In this document: piece after piece, positions 52,904-64,000 of the stretch | Layout: each line of letters opens with the position of its first letter | Numbering within the stretch: position 1 is the first letter of the stretch | From: Macrostomum hystrix | Lineage: Eukaryota > Animalia > Platyhelminthes | Assembly: GCA_950097015.1 (NCBI GenBank) | Contig: CATNEN010000003.1 | Span: 7,502,001-7,566,000 of the forward strand | Direction: 5' to 3' | Length of the DNA: 64,000 nt | Position numbers and translations under genes: made by a program | Notes under the pieces: model-generated | The model's input: the letters and a program-made list of their open reading frames with translations, nothing else | Database searches by the model: none | What the model was told of the DNA's origin: nothing

Positions 52904-55900
52904 TCAGTCGGCAGATATATCAATGCGGATCACGGGAAGATTACGATTTTCATTAAAATCCGCTAGATCCCCAGTCGAGGGTCGGTGGTCGCGCAGGCTT
53001 TGAGTTACCGTCCTCTCTGTGTCGATTAGCATCTGCACCTGAGATGTAAACGCAACGCTAGCAAACATTTTAAGGCTTCAACAAAAAAGGAAAGCTAGTT
53101 TAGTAACAGAAAATCAGTCAGGGCTCACTTGATAGTCAGCAACTCTTCTACCTGCCGGTTTGACCCTCTTAGGCGTCGGTCGATCCATCTGCTCGATGTA
53201 ATCGAATACGCTCAAATTGTTCTGCAATTTATGAAACGGTGTTCTCACAGCAATAAAGAACAAAGTGGCACAAATGCTCAATAACTAAGGTACGCTTCTA
53301 AATAAAGTGTGTACGTTTTAGTTTTTCAAGGAACTAATGTTCCGCTTAATCAGTTGTCAAGTGCTGTATAAACTTGCACCAGCTCTGTTGACCGACTTTA
53401 TGATCTGTAACATTCGGCACCTGAGAATCACGAGAAGCTCAAACTCATGACGCTTATCAGTTGGACTTTTGACATTTGATAAGGTTTACTATAATAGAAA
53501 GTACTTTTATAACTTCGAGCCGTGAGGATTTAGTATAAATTTTCGACTACCAACAGCAGAAGTATACGTGTGTTTATTTCAACATGAGTAACGCTTGCAC
53601 ACCGCATCTCTGCGAAGCATATCGACGCCGCCGATTGCCTTGGATATTGCGGCCAGCGTTGCCTTCGAGTCACGCAGACAGACGGCGTAGTGGACTGGCG
53701 TCCGACCCAGACAGTCGCCCTGTACAGCCAGAGCCGGGAATCGTTCCGCAATGGCTCCTGCCAGGGCTGCATCGCCGGCCAGTGCGGCTGCGTGCAGCAG
53801 ATTTCGGCCGCGCCAGTCGACTCCCAAGGCGAGACGTTTCTCGCCGGCGAATCTCGCGAAAGCGGCAGCCGCGATGACGCCACCAGCGGCCACGGAGGCG
53901 TGCAGAGCTGAGATTTGCTGGCGATAGCGCGGTGCGTCTTCGAGCAGACGAAGTAGATCCCGATCGTGTCGTCTTGTTGCGACCTGCGCTGTTTTTCCAT
54001 CGAATCCGGCGTCGTAGGCTTCCAGAATCAGCTGCTCTAAAGCGTCGAGATCGCCGCGACGTGCCAGTTCGGTCACGTGATCGTCTAGCAGGCGGCAGAC
54101 TTCCGAGTCGCCAGCCGCTTTAGCCAAATCGCGTGCAGTTTGACCTGCGGAGTCGCGAGCAGCCAAGGGAGCACCGCGCGCTAGAAGACGACGAATGACT
54201 CGATGTCGAGACTCAGAAATCAAAGTCACGAGAGATGACTCCTGTGATGGTAAATCTGGTGAGTTCGAAACTATCGGGACTGCCTCACAAGTTGAAGATG
54301 GCGAAGTCGCCGATGTTGACCGATGCATCAATGTTTGCAACGGTAGCTGCGACAAAGGTAACGTTTTTGTGCTTGACGCTAACACGGCCGTTAATGGTGA
54401 ATGAAAAGATGACGGTTTGAGAGCCTGTGTCGTTGACTGTTTCAAAACTGACGATGTCGAATGAAATGACGACGAACGCAGAGTCGGCCGCAGCGCATTG
54501 GACTGCACTGGAACTGCTGATGCTGGCGGCTGCACTGGATCTACCACTGTTGAAAGCCGTTCGACGTAACGCCACTCAACTGCTGCGTGAAGAAGGGTCC
54601 GGCCGCGTTCGTCTCGCAAGAATTTAGCGTCGGCCCAGGAGGCGATTGTCTCCACCACGGCTGGCCCGCCAACGGGCGCTCCTGGACAGTCGTTGAAGGG
54701 CCAGAAGGCGACCGGACCGCACGGGTATCGCTCCTCGCACTGAGTGTCCAGTCTAGCACCGAAGCGCAGGAGGCAGTCAACAACATCTGCTGGTGCCAGC
54801 TCCATCGCGGCTGCTAGTAGTGGACGGCTAGCGAACAGCGGTGAGAGGCCGTCCTGGCTAAGCGCGACGAAATGGTATCTGTGGGCCAGTTTTTGTAGAG
54901 AACATAATATAAAGTCATTATGGTTTGTGGTCCATTATTAGTAGGGCTCATACTAGTGGTGATCTTTGGGTCATCTATTCAACTAGCTGAATTACCGGAA
55001 GCATGCATTGACTAATTGTGCTGCACCTCCCATCGCAAGTCGTCGCCGCATCGCTGTTAAATCACCAGCTAGAACAGCCGTAACGAACTCCGTAGTTTGT
55101 CTGGCGGCTTCCACCAGCTTGGCCACCTCACCGCCAGACTCCCGAGCCAGTTGCACTATGCTGCGACCGTTGCTGACTGCCTCAACGCGACTCAAACTGG
55201 CCAGCCAGCGACGAATCCTGACGAGGTCGCCGTTGCGAACAGCCGCCACGAGGCCAGGCACGCGACGTGGAGCGCAGCCGCCGCGTTGAAGCCGAAGGTC
55301 GGGTCCGAAGCTGACTGAGACAAGGCCGCGACCGCCAGCGCCTCGAATTCCGGCATCAACTCCCAGACGCAGGAGATGGTCCAGCAGCTGACGATCCGGC
55401 GGTAGGAGGGCTGACGATGCCCCAGGGGCAGGTGTTGCCGCAGTTAGCAGCGCGGTGTCTCCGCTAATGTTTCGTACTTGAAGGTCGACACCTTCCAAAG
55501 CCAGTTTGTACATCAGGCGAACCAGGCTGCGGCGACTACGCTCGCTGATGTCTGCTGCTGCGTGTCTGTAGAGCGGACGTCATCGTTAAAAAATTTTTAA
55601 CGGATAGACATAATTATAGGAGCGACGAACTTCAAAAAGTTTGGTGGCTGGAAGAGCAAGATGTATGGAGGAATGAGAGGAGTGCGGTTGCTGGAGGAGT
55701 GAGGTGGCTGGAGGAGTGAGGTTGCTGGAGGAGTGAGGATGCTAGACGAGTGAGGTGGCTGGAGGAGTGAGGATGCTGGATGAGTGAGGTGGCTGGAGGA
55801 GTGAGGATGCTGGATGAGTGAGGTGGCTGGAGGAGTGAGGTGGCTGAAGGAGTGAGGTGGCTTAAGGAGTGAGGTTGCTGGAGGACTGATGTAGTTTGAA

Positions 55901-57968
55901 AAGTGAGGTTGTTGGAGTAGTGAGGATGCTAGACGAGTGAGGTGGCTGGAGGAGTGAGGATGCTGGATGAGTGAGGTGGCTGGAGGAGTGAGGTGGCTGA
56001 AGGAGTGAGGTTGCTGGAGGACTGATGTAGTTGGAGGAGTGAGGTTGCTGGAGGAGTGAGGTGGCTGGAGTGATGGGGTAGTTGGATGAGTGGGGTGGCT
56101 GGAAGAGTGACTTGCTCATAAATGTATAATACGAGCTACAAAAAGCTGCGAGTCCATTGTGTCACCTGCGCACTAAATAGTGCAAGTAAGTATCGCCAGA
56201 AGCCTGATCAATGCAATCCACATCAACTTTCTTAGTGTCGAGTTCAATCCAAGCCTTTGCCAAGCTTTCTGCAGTTCCTTCTTCAACCAGTCGATAAAAT
56301 TTAGATAGCCGAAACGAGCGTTGACTTTCTTTCACCTGTTCTGTCGGTATTAACAATATGATTCAATTCTACATTGGTGAAAATTTTAGGACGCTTTGCA
56401 GTTTGCGTACTGTTCAATGATTCTTACCAAAGTACTCGGAATCATCAGCAGAACCCGCCAATCGAAGCATAGAACAGATTTCTTTGGCTCCCGGCACTTC
56501 ATGAACCAGCCCCATCTCGGCTAGCAACGGCTTAGCAATCTTCTGGGAGATGTCCATTGTCGATAGATTGGGCTTGTCTGCAATGTTTTTAGTCCAGTTT
56601 TAAGCTGAATATGAGCTTATGAGTACGTCAGCTGACGCGTTAATTTGATGTGTAATGATGAGTACATTATTACTTTCTAAACTCTACCTGACTTCATAGC
56701 CAGTAGTTGCATAACACCCTCGCTGTCGCAAGCCATCGCCCTGCAGACCAACTCATTTGTGCTGGCATGCCGCTCCATCAGTTGAATTATATCGTAATTA
56801 CCCGTCTCATGAGCAAGCTGCATCAGAGTCTTGCGCCTGCGTCGGGCCTGAGTTCGAATCCAGGAGCCGAGGAACTTAGCTACCAATGCGGAGTCCTCTT
56901 TAGCAACTATTTTAATGAATAATTATTACATTTTTTCTCTACTTTTGTGCACAGACGAAGAAAAAAATAAACTAAAAAAATTAGCTTTGACTTTCAAAAC
57001 GCCAAGTGCACTCGTAATAACTGCAAACCTTGAGCTGTCTAACCGTGACTAGAGCATAAATAAGTTAGAGGTGTACGAGTTTGTTACCTGCCAACCAGAT
57101 ACCATCGCAAGCTAGACGTTTTGTTTGAATAAGTGATACAGGATGACCCCTTTTTATTTGCAAATTTAGGAAACGCGATTTAAAAGGATTTAACTTGTTT
57201 TTAAGTGATGAAGCTGCCCTTGAGATCCATAAGGGCACAAACCTGCACTCCACAGACTACAGCTGCTGTGTCCGCTGACATGGCTGCATCTGACAAGCCA
57301 CACTCATCTGTGCTGTCTATTGTCATGAAACACCCGATAACGACGCTCGTTGGCGATGCCTGGGTCAGCTCCTAGAGAGAGGCAGGATAATATCTACTTT
57401 GTACTCGGGACCACAAATGATAGGGTTTCTAAGTACGAGTTAGGCGAGCAATGAGTTGGCTGATGAGTAAATTCTGTAGTTGATGAGTTGATAAGTTAGT
57501 TCCAGACTGAGTTCGAGAGTTAATGAATAAATTCTGAAGCTTTGATAGTTCGATGGTTTAGCAGTTTGATAGGCCTGTTCCTGATACACCGGTTATCTAA
57601 GAAATCAGCAGGTGTCGCGCACCCATTCGTATGAGGTGCTGGGCTAATCGATGCCCAGCTGGTCTGTAACAAGCCATGTGCAGCGCTGTGTTGCCGGCCA
57701 AATTCTGCCCATTCACATCGCAGCCAAGCTGCGCCAAGCGATAAGCGACTGCTATGGCCAACCCAACGTCGCCGTTGCATCGACCAGACAACCGGCGCAG
57801 TTGCAGCATCAGCAGGTGCAGGTAAGTGTTCTGTCGTCGGCTGCATCGTCGGATAATCTCCGTCGATTTGAAGCTTGAGTTTGATAAATTGCCGAGCAAA
57901 TCCAAAGCCAATGTGTAGTTAGCCCGGCTGGGGTTGCAGATTAGTCGATAAAGCTCGCTAGACTCCAT
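52904..57968 (-). CDS. Ankyrin-repeat protein, ~1030 codons, with one in-frame TGA in exon 2. Exons 57968-57623, 57371-57243, 56906-56688, 56577-56428, 56340-56166, 55565-54996, 54878-53603, 53221-53129, 53038-52904
   Basis: Ankyrin motifs GNTALHMAC, GDTYLHYLV, GDTALLTAA, GRTLLHAAV, GQTARDLA, GRNLLHAAA and GRTPVHYAV. All eight introns are GT-AG and phase-consistent (total 3093 nt). Confidence 0.8.
55680..56110. repeat. 17-bp minisatellite (ggaggagtgaggtggct)n in an ankyrin-gene intron
   Basis: Visible tandem units. Confidence 0.92.
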
Positions 57969-58574
57969 GACATTGTAGTAAGATAGAACAAATCTGTATT
58001 TATCTTTGTTCAGTTAAATACAGAATTGAACAACAGAGGCTAGCAAGTTGTCTTCTCGGTTGTAATTTTATTGTCGTCTTATAGCTCCGTGGGGCTTTTT
58101 TACTACCCTGCTAAGTATCGATGAATAAGACGCCGCAACGTGACTTTTATTAGCCTTCAGAGGCACCTGAGCATCCTCGCCTTCCCTCTTTATTGGTGAG
58201 AACTCAATGGTTTTACTATTCCAGGCAGTCAGAGACTGGTGGAAGCCGCCAGACATGAATACACTATACCGATAATGACACAGGGAACATGACCTGGAGG
58301 AGGGGTCCAGCGGACACATCCCCTATTGCCATGTATTGCAGTTACACTCGGAAAAGTTGTGATACCTTGTTAGAGGCTTTCAACTTTGATCTCTAGACTA
58401 CTTGACGCAGTTCTGCAGGTGCAACTGAGGGCAGAAAATGTGAAATGTAAGGCTTCGGAGTTAGTGCTTATAATATACATCTGCCATTTTCCACTCTAAA
58501 TTTCACTTGCTAAATTCATGCTGCACGGTTGTAAATTTTTTAATTTTTAAGAGATAATAGAAATTTCTCTGGGT

Positions 58575-58676
58575 TCAAGTCTCAGAGTCCAAGTCTCATA
58601 GTCCAAGTCTCAGAGTCCAATTCGCATAGTCCAAGTCTCAGAGTCCAATTCTCTAAGCCAGAGTCCAAGTCTAAGA
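58575..58676. repeat. Short 14-bp tandem repeat (agtccaagtctcag)n
   Basis: About 6-7 degenerate units. Confidence 0.8.
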
Positions 58677-59233
58677 GATGGCCTTAATAAGCAGACTTCT
58701 TGTTTCCCAGTAACAAAATGTAGCCGAATACTAATGAACGCGTGCAACTTGTTCAATCCTTCACGAAAGAAAGTATACTGAACAGAAGAGTGGACTTTTT
58801 GGAGTTTTAGTATGTTGAGTTCATTGATTCTTTACATTACAACTGTCATCTACTAAGATTGTACCTCACGCTAAGCCTTCGCACTTCCATACACCCGGTT
58901 GAAATGTGCGTACCACCCACCCCACCACAATTTACTGCCTCATCAGCCCACCCATTTCACGGCGCACGTTGCGCTTCCTTTAGTCGCGGCGAGCTAGGGT
59001 GGTGGAGAGCTATTTTTAGAAACGCAACTGCGTACAGCAGAAACTCAGTCATCGCGCCTGCCTTCCTCAACGAGGCCGGCCGCATCTCCTCTGCCTAAAC
59101 CCCCTCCTATTACTTTGTAAAAAACACACACAAGACAGGCTACGATTTAGTTCTTAACGAGCAGCAAGATCTAACTAGCTCCACAGTGTGTGCGTAAGGA
59201 GGAAGGCAAAGAAACAGTAGCCCCCAGGCCAGA

Positions 59234-62200
59234 ATGCAAGAACAGTTGCCGGGGGCAAGTCAAGCGAAAGATGACGCCCACGAGGCAGACGATCGTCACA
59301 ATCACGCTACAGAAGCCAAAGAGGATCTGGAGTTGAAAACTGCCGCGGCGTCTGCGGAGTCGCTGCTACCGGGCGGCGTGGCTTTTCAGGAGCCGACATT
59401 CGACGACTATATGGACGCTGTAGGGAGGCGACATCGCTACCAGGCTGCCTTCATGTTCACCATCGGGGTGGCGGTGGCTTTCCCGTCGATGCAAATTCAT
59501 TCGGTGAATTTCAGCATGCTTGACAGACGCTTCGCCTGTCAGCCAAATCTCACATCGGCTACTGTTGACTGGGCAGCGATTGCCAACTCCAGCAACTGCC
59601 AGAGTTCCAGCACTGACGCCGCTGAAAACTTCAGCCAGACCACAAGCACCAGCATTCACTGCCGACGATACATCTTTAACGACGCCGATCCGATGTCGGA
59701 AACGGTAGCGGAATCGTTTGGTTTAGTCTGCGGCTGGGAGCCTATAGAAACGGTAGTCAAGGTAATGTTTATGCTGGGCTTCTTGTTTGGAAGTACCTGC
59801 TACGGCATCTTGTCTGATCGATGGGGCAGGCGGAACGCCTACCTGCTCGCTTGCGTCAACTTGGCCATGGGTGGCGTGATCGCGGCGTTTGTCAAAGAGG
59901 TGGCGGCTTACGCGGTGTTTCGCTTTGTTTCTGGATTTGCCGCTTCCGGTCTGCTTACAGTCTGCTTCGCTTGGCACACCGAAATGCAGCACAGCCGGCA
60001 CAGGTTTCTGTTCACTATGCTAATGAAACAGGTGCGTGAAATTTCTATAGCTAATTTTACATCAAAGCTATTTGTGTTTATTAACGCGTCAAAAAAATTC
60101 ACCCAGTTAAATCTTGTCACTTAAAATTCATGACTAAACAAGCCAAAGTTTTATTCGTCAATCGAAACGAATCTTCGAAATATCATTCGAATAGCCTGGA
60201 ATTCATATGCATCACTACGTAGATAAAATCTGAACCAAGTATCTCACCGAAGTTGAAAGCGAAGTCCAGTGTCTTTTAGTCCATCGCTAAAATCCTACAG
60301 TACGAGTACTATCAGGGAGACATTTTTTAATGTCTTTCATGGAAACCTAACAAAAGATGGCAAATGCATATATACCCAAGAAACACTATCGTTATTCACA
60401 AAAATAACTATTTGAAATGAGAGAAGGCCCACAGCTGCCCTGAATAGATCTAGGCTTCAATTTGGCTTAAAAACTCTGTGATAAAGTATTATATGTGATA
60501 ATAACATGAGTTTGTAGTCTAGTGGTTAGAGCATCGAAATCACGACTTGAAGGTCGGGGGTTCGATTCCCGACTCCACTGAAACAATTTGTGCCCTTTAG
60601 CAAGACACTTAACTCTGCATTGCTTCAGTTCATCCAGCTGTTAAATGGGTACCAGCATCAGCTGGTGTAATTTAGGGTGTGTGGCGTCCCCCCAGTCCAT
60701 GGACTGAACAGCCGTATGCAGTCTTCAGATGCGCCGCGCAATAGCTGCGGCTGTGCATCTCGCCCAATTGGGGCAGGTGTAATCAATGATTATAAAATAA
60801 AATTATTCAATTATGCGATAATACAGTGACACGGCAACTATAATACGAAACTAATGTGATAGATAAATTTATAACATTTTTTCCAATTCCTCTATTTTTG
60901 CCTTCTCTCTACACCGTTAAGATTTATAGTGTCTAATTTGGATATAAATATGATTTATATAATTTTTATGCATAAATAAACATAAAGCCCCTTTATTAGG
61001 TGCGGATTAAAAAAAATAATGATAATAATAATGAAATTTGCAGGGCTGGAGTGCAGGCATTTTTCTGTTAACCAGCGCCGCCTACATGACGCGTGACTGG
61101 CGCATACTCGAGCTCACGATATCTGCACCAGCGTTGCTGCTATTGCTGGCGCACTTTTATGTTGTTGAGTCACCGCGCTATCTGCTTCAGGTTGGTGACA
61201 AAACAATCAACATTTTTAGCTCGTATTTTCATTAAACACCTGAATCATTCAACTGATTCCCAAATTAGAAACCTAGAAAGCTGTGATGCATGATGTAAAA
61301 CCGTTTTTATAGTTGTTAGTTTTTTCACGTCAGGTAGTTTAAATTAGAGGAAAAAATCGAAAGGATACTTATATGTCGTGATTCAAGGCCACGAATTCAT
61401 CGAGAATAAAGGGGATTATTTTTGTAACGATCAGATCCTTACATTTTTTTATTTTAGACAAGTCGAGCTTCCGACGCCATGGAAGCGCTTCGCTACATCG
61501 CGAAGGTAAACAATCGGTTAGATCGTCTCGAAAGTCTTCTGGCTGATAAAGAGCGCCGTGCGGCTATCATAAATTACCGAAAGGAAATGATTCTGCGACA
61601 AAAACAGCAACAGCAGCAGCAGTCTCACAATCACGGCCGTCGTCAGAGAAAATCATCGGGTCAGCCGCCGCCAGATAACGCTGAGGATGACGATGGAAGC
61701 AACGCGGCGGATCGCATGGACAATGGAAGGCAGAGTGTACAGAGCCTGCCACAGCAGTATCAGGATAAGTGAGAACTCTAAATACTTTATTTAGCCAAAC
61801 ACGAACGGCTTGGGTGTGTGGGGTCTTATGGCTCTCAAAGGTGCAAATTAAACGACAAGCCCAAACGAATGTGCCATTGCCAAGGATTCGAGCTCAGGGA
61901 CCCTGGTGCGAAATTCCAACGCGTTAAAACCGCTCGCTTCTATACTTAATTAATTGAGATTGAGACAAATAATTCCTGATCAGAATAAAATTTCCTCAAC
62001 CATCACCTTAGAAGTCAACAATCGGGGCAGCTACAAGCGACGCAGAAGCGCATCTCCGCCACGGCTCCGTTGGCTCAGCTGATGTCGCGTCCAGCCACAA
62101 GAGCAGTCGCCCTCACCGTCTGGTCCGTGTTCGCCATGGTCAGCTTCGGCTATTACGGTCTGTCCCTCGGCTGGAGCAATTTCAATCTTGGCACATCGAC

Positions 62201-62798
62201 GAAGTCGCCTTTCATCGCAATGACACTCGGCGGCTGCGCCGAAGTCGCCGCTCGTCTATTGGGCACAGCGTGCGGACTTCGCCTTGGTAGAGTTCGCCTA
62301 CTTTCTGGCTCCATGGGCCTGGGTGGCCTTGCTCTTGTGCTGACAGCCGCTATGCGGCACAGTTTTCAGCTGCTCGAAGGTACAGGCATCGCCCTGGCTT
62401 TAGCTGGTAGATTCGGCCTACTTCTGGCTTTTGAACTGATCTGGCTGTACGCCAGCGAGGTGTTCCCGACGCCAGCCAGAAACTCGGCAGTCGGGGTAGG
62501 ATCTACCGCGGCTCGAATCGGCGGAGTTCTGGCACCGGAGTTGAAGCTGCTGAGCAGCTTGTGGACTCAGCTGCCCCTAACCGTGTGCGGAGTTGTCAGC
62601 CTCGCCGGTTGCTGCTTGGCGGCTGCGCTGCTGCCGGAAACTCGCGGAATTTCGGCGCCGGACACCATCGATGAGGCGGAGCAGATCATGCTGAATGGTC
62701 GCGGCCGGGGATGCTTTGGCGACTGCCGCTGTGGCAAGGGTAGAAGCGATGCCGACGAAGGCATGAGAAGTCGTCGAGTTTCTCAGCTCACAGCTTAG
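59234..62798 (+). CDS. SLC22-family organic cation/anion transporter (MFS), ~680 aa. Exons 59234-60031, 61044-61190, 61458-61768, 62012-62798
   Basis: Cys-rich glycosylated first loop ending ETVAESFGLVC, then GILSDRWGRR, RDWRIL, VESPRYLL, IAKVN, YASEVFPTPARN, ARIGGVLAP and LPETRG..PDTIDE; phases are consistent. Confidence 0.93.
60508..60805 (+). mobile_element. Full-length family 1 tRNA-derived SINE (CORE-like) in SLC22 intron 1
   Basis: A-box tagtctagtgg, B-box ggttcgattcc (60559), body shared with 31290-31500, A-rich tail. Confidence 0.82.
61785..61940 (-). mobile_element. Diverged family 2 SINE fragment in SLC22 intron 3
   Basis: ggattcgagctcagggaccctggtgcga and acgacaagccc resemble 43915-44010. 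Confidence 0.55.
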
Positions 62799-64000
62799 CT
62801 CTTCATGATTAACTTCATGTGTAGTTCAATTTAGTTTAATTCATTTAATTCAGATGATGGACTTTGACGAAAATCGGTCATTAGTCTGGAAGCCATCGTA
62901 AAGTAGACACTGCAGGTATAATTTGAAATACCCACGTGGTCCTTGTACTTTTACAGACAAAACCAGATACCAATACGAGCTATAGATTGCTAAATAGCTA
63001 TTGGACATCAGAAATCAGTCTCATTAGCTCAATTTATTGCCATTCTCTATATTTGCTTGCTTTTGCTTTAATAAACACACTTCATTTTGATTTCTATGAA
63101 ACTACTGGTTGTTTCAAGTCAACTTATAAGAACGAACTATATTTTTTTATTACCCAATTCGTGGGAATAAGTCTGAAAGTAAGTTTTGGATCAGTAAATC
63201 GCTCCTTAATTCGAACAGATGAGCAATAAATAGTTTACTTTAGAAATAAATGAACTGAAATAATCAAAAGTTATAAATACAGATAATTAGTCACACTGAA
63301 CTGACTCCATTTAAAACGTAAATTTTTTCCTTTTGAAAACCGGATCACATGGTAAAACGTAGGTTTTGTCTGTGATAATTCAAAAAAGACTGCACAGTAT
63401 AACACTGAATAAAAATACTGTACAGATTAAAAGGTTTCAGTGCAACAAAAAATAATAATGAAACTCTTTTTTTCCATGAAACCTAATATACAAGAATATG
63501 GACAGCTATATTGTTTGACTGCCGTTGCCGTTAAAATATTGACAAAATGAGAATAATAACTTACTTAAAAAATACTGTATAAACACAGGATAAAGATGTC
63601 GTTCAAATTAAAAAGATTCAGTGCAGAAAAAACTGACCCTTAAAAAGTTTCAACTTGTAGTGTTACAAAAGAAGATCAGAAAAAAAATTTGTCGAGTTTA
63701 TGAAAAAAATATTAACAAAAATATACTTTACAAACAATCGGAAAAATTTGGGCGCCGTTGCAAGTTTCTATAATAAAAGAAAATCATTTAGACAAAAATT
63801 TAGCTCGTATTAAACTTGCGCAAGCTTTTGTTAATGATATACGCAAGCCACAAATATAAAAATCAGAGCTTTTTTCTAACACATGCATTAACGAGATCCT
63901 CATTAATAAACATAACGGAACTTTAGAATTATTTTTATTTAGCTAAATTTTACTTGTCTGTTAAGTTATTTTTTTTCTTCAATTAAAATAAATAGCAAAA

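Noticed and set aside
60510-60580. tRNA genes at B-box motifs (also 10680, 10810, 17025, 31150, 31260, 37255, 49680)
   Set aside because: No complete cloverleaf; they are SINE heads or remnants.

Overview
Eukaryotic (animal) genomic DNA: AT-rich, with GT-AG introns and very many 14-43 bp minisatellites. The Gln/Ala/Ser-rich coding style and minisatellite load resemble a free-living flatworm such as Macrostomum; this is inference only. Gene models were spliced by hand: the 3' exon of an unidentified gene (389-868), RPL13A (1407-2018), a secreted PAN/apple plus C-type lectin (5536-6285), MARK/Par-1 kinase (10405-25241, 7 coding exons), peroxisomal HACL1 ending in SKL (29002-38506, 11 exons), an orphan membrane-anchored protein, a Rab11-like GTPase, an orphan Gly-rich beta-strand protein, a neuropeptide-like precursor, a 9-exon ankyrin-repeat gene with an in-frame TGA, and an SLC22 transporter. 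The most striking item is a two-exon antisense gene nested in HACL1 intron 7. It fuses a 3-hydroxyacyl-CoA dehydrogenase NAD-binding domain, whose catalytic His is replaced by Arg and whose C-terminal domain is missing, to a C-terminal RING finger: a candidate NAD(H)/acyl-CoA-sensing E3 ligase inside an acyl-CoA enzyme gene. Mobile DNA includes a head-to-tail array of non-autonomous Helitrons, three hAT-type MITEs with 8-bp target duplications, two tRNA-derived SINE families (one CORE-like) and a dispersed element forming a long inverted pair in a MARK intron. Most entries in the ORF track are repeat or antisense artefacts. Repeat boundaries are approximate.
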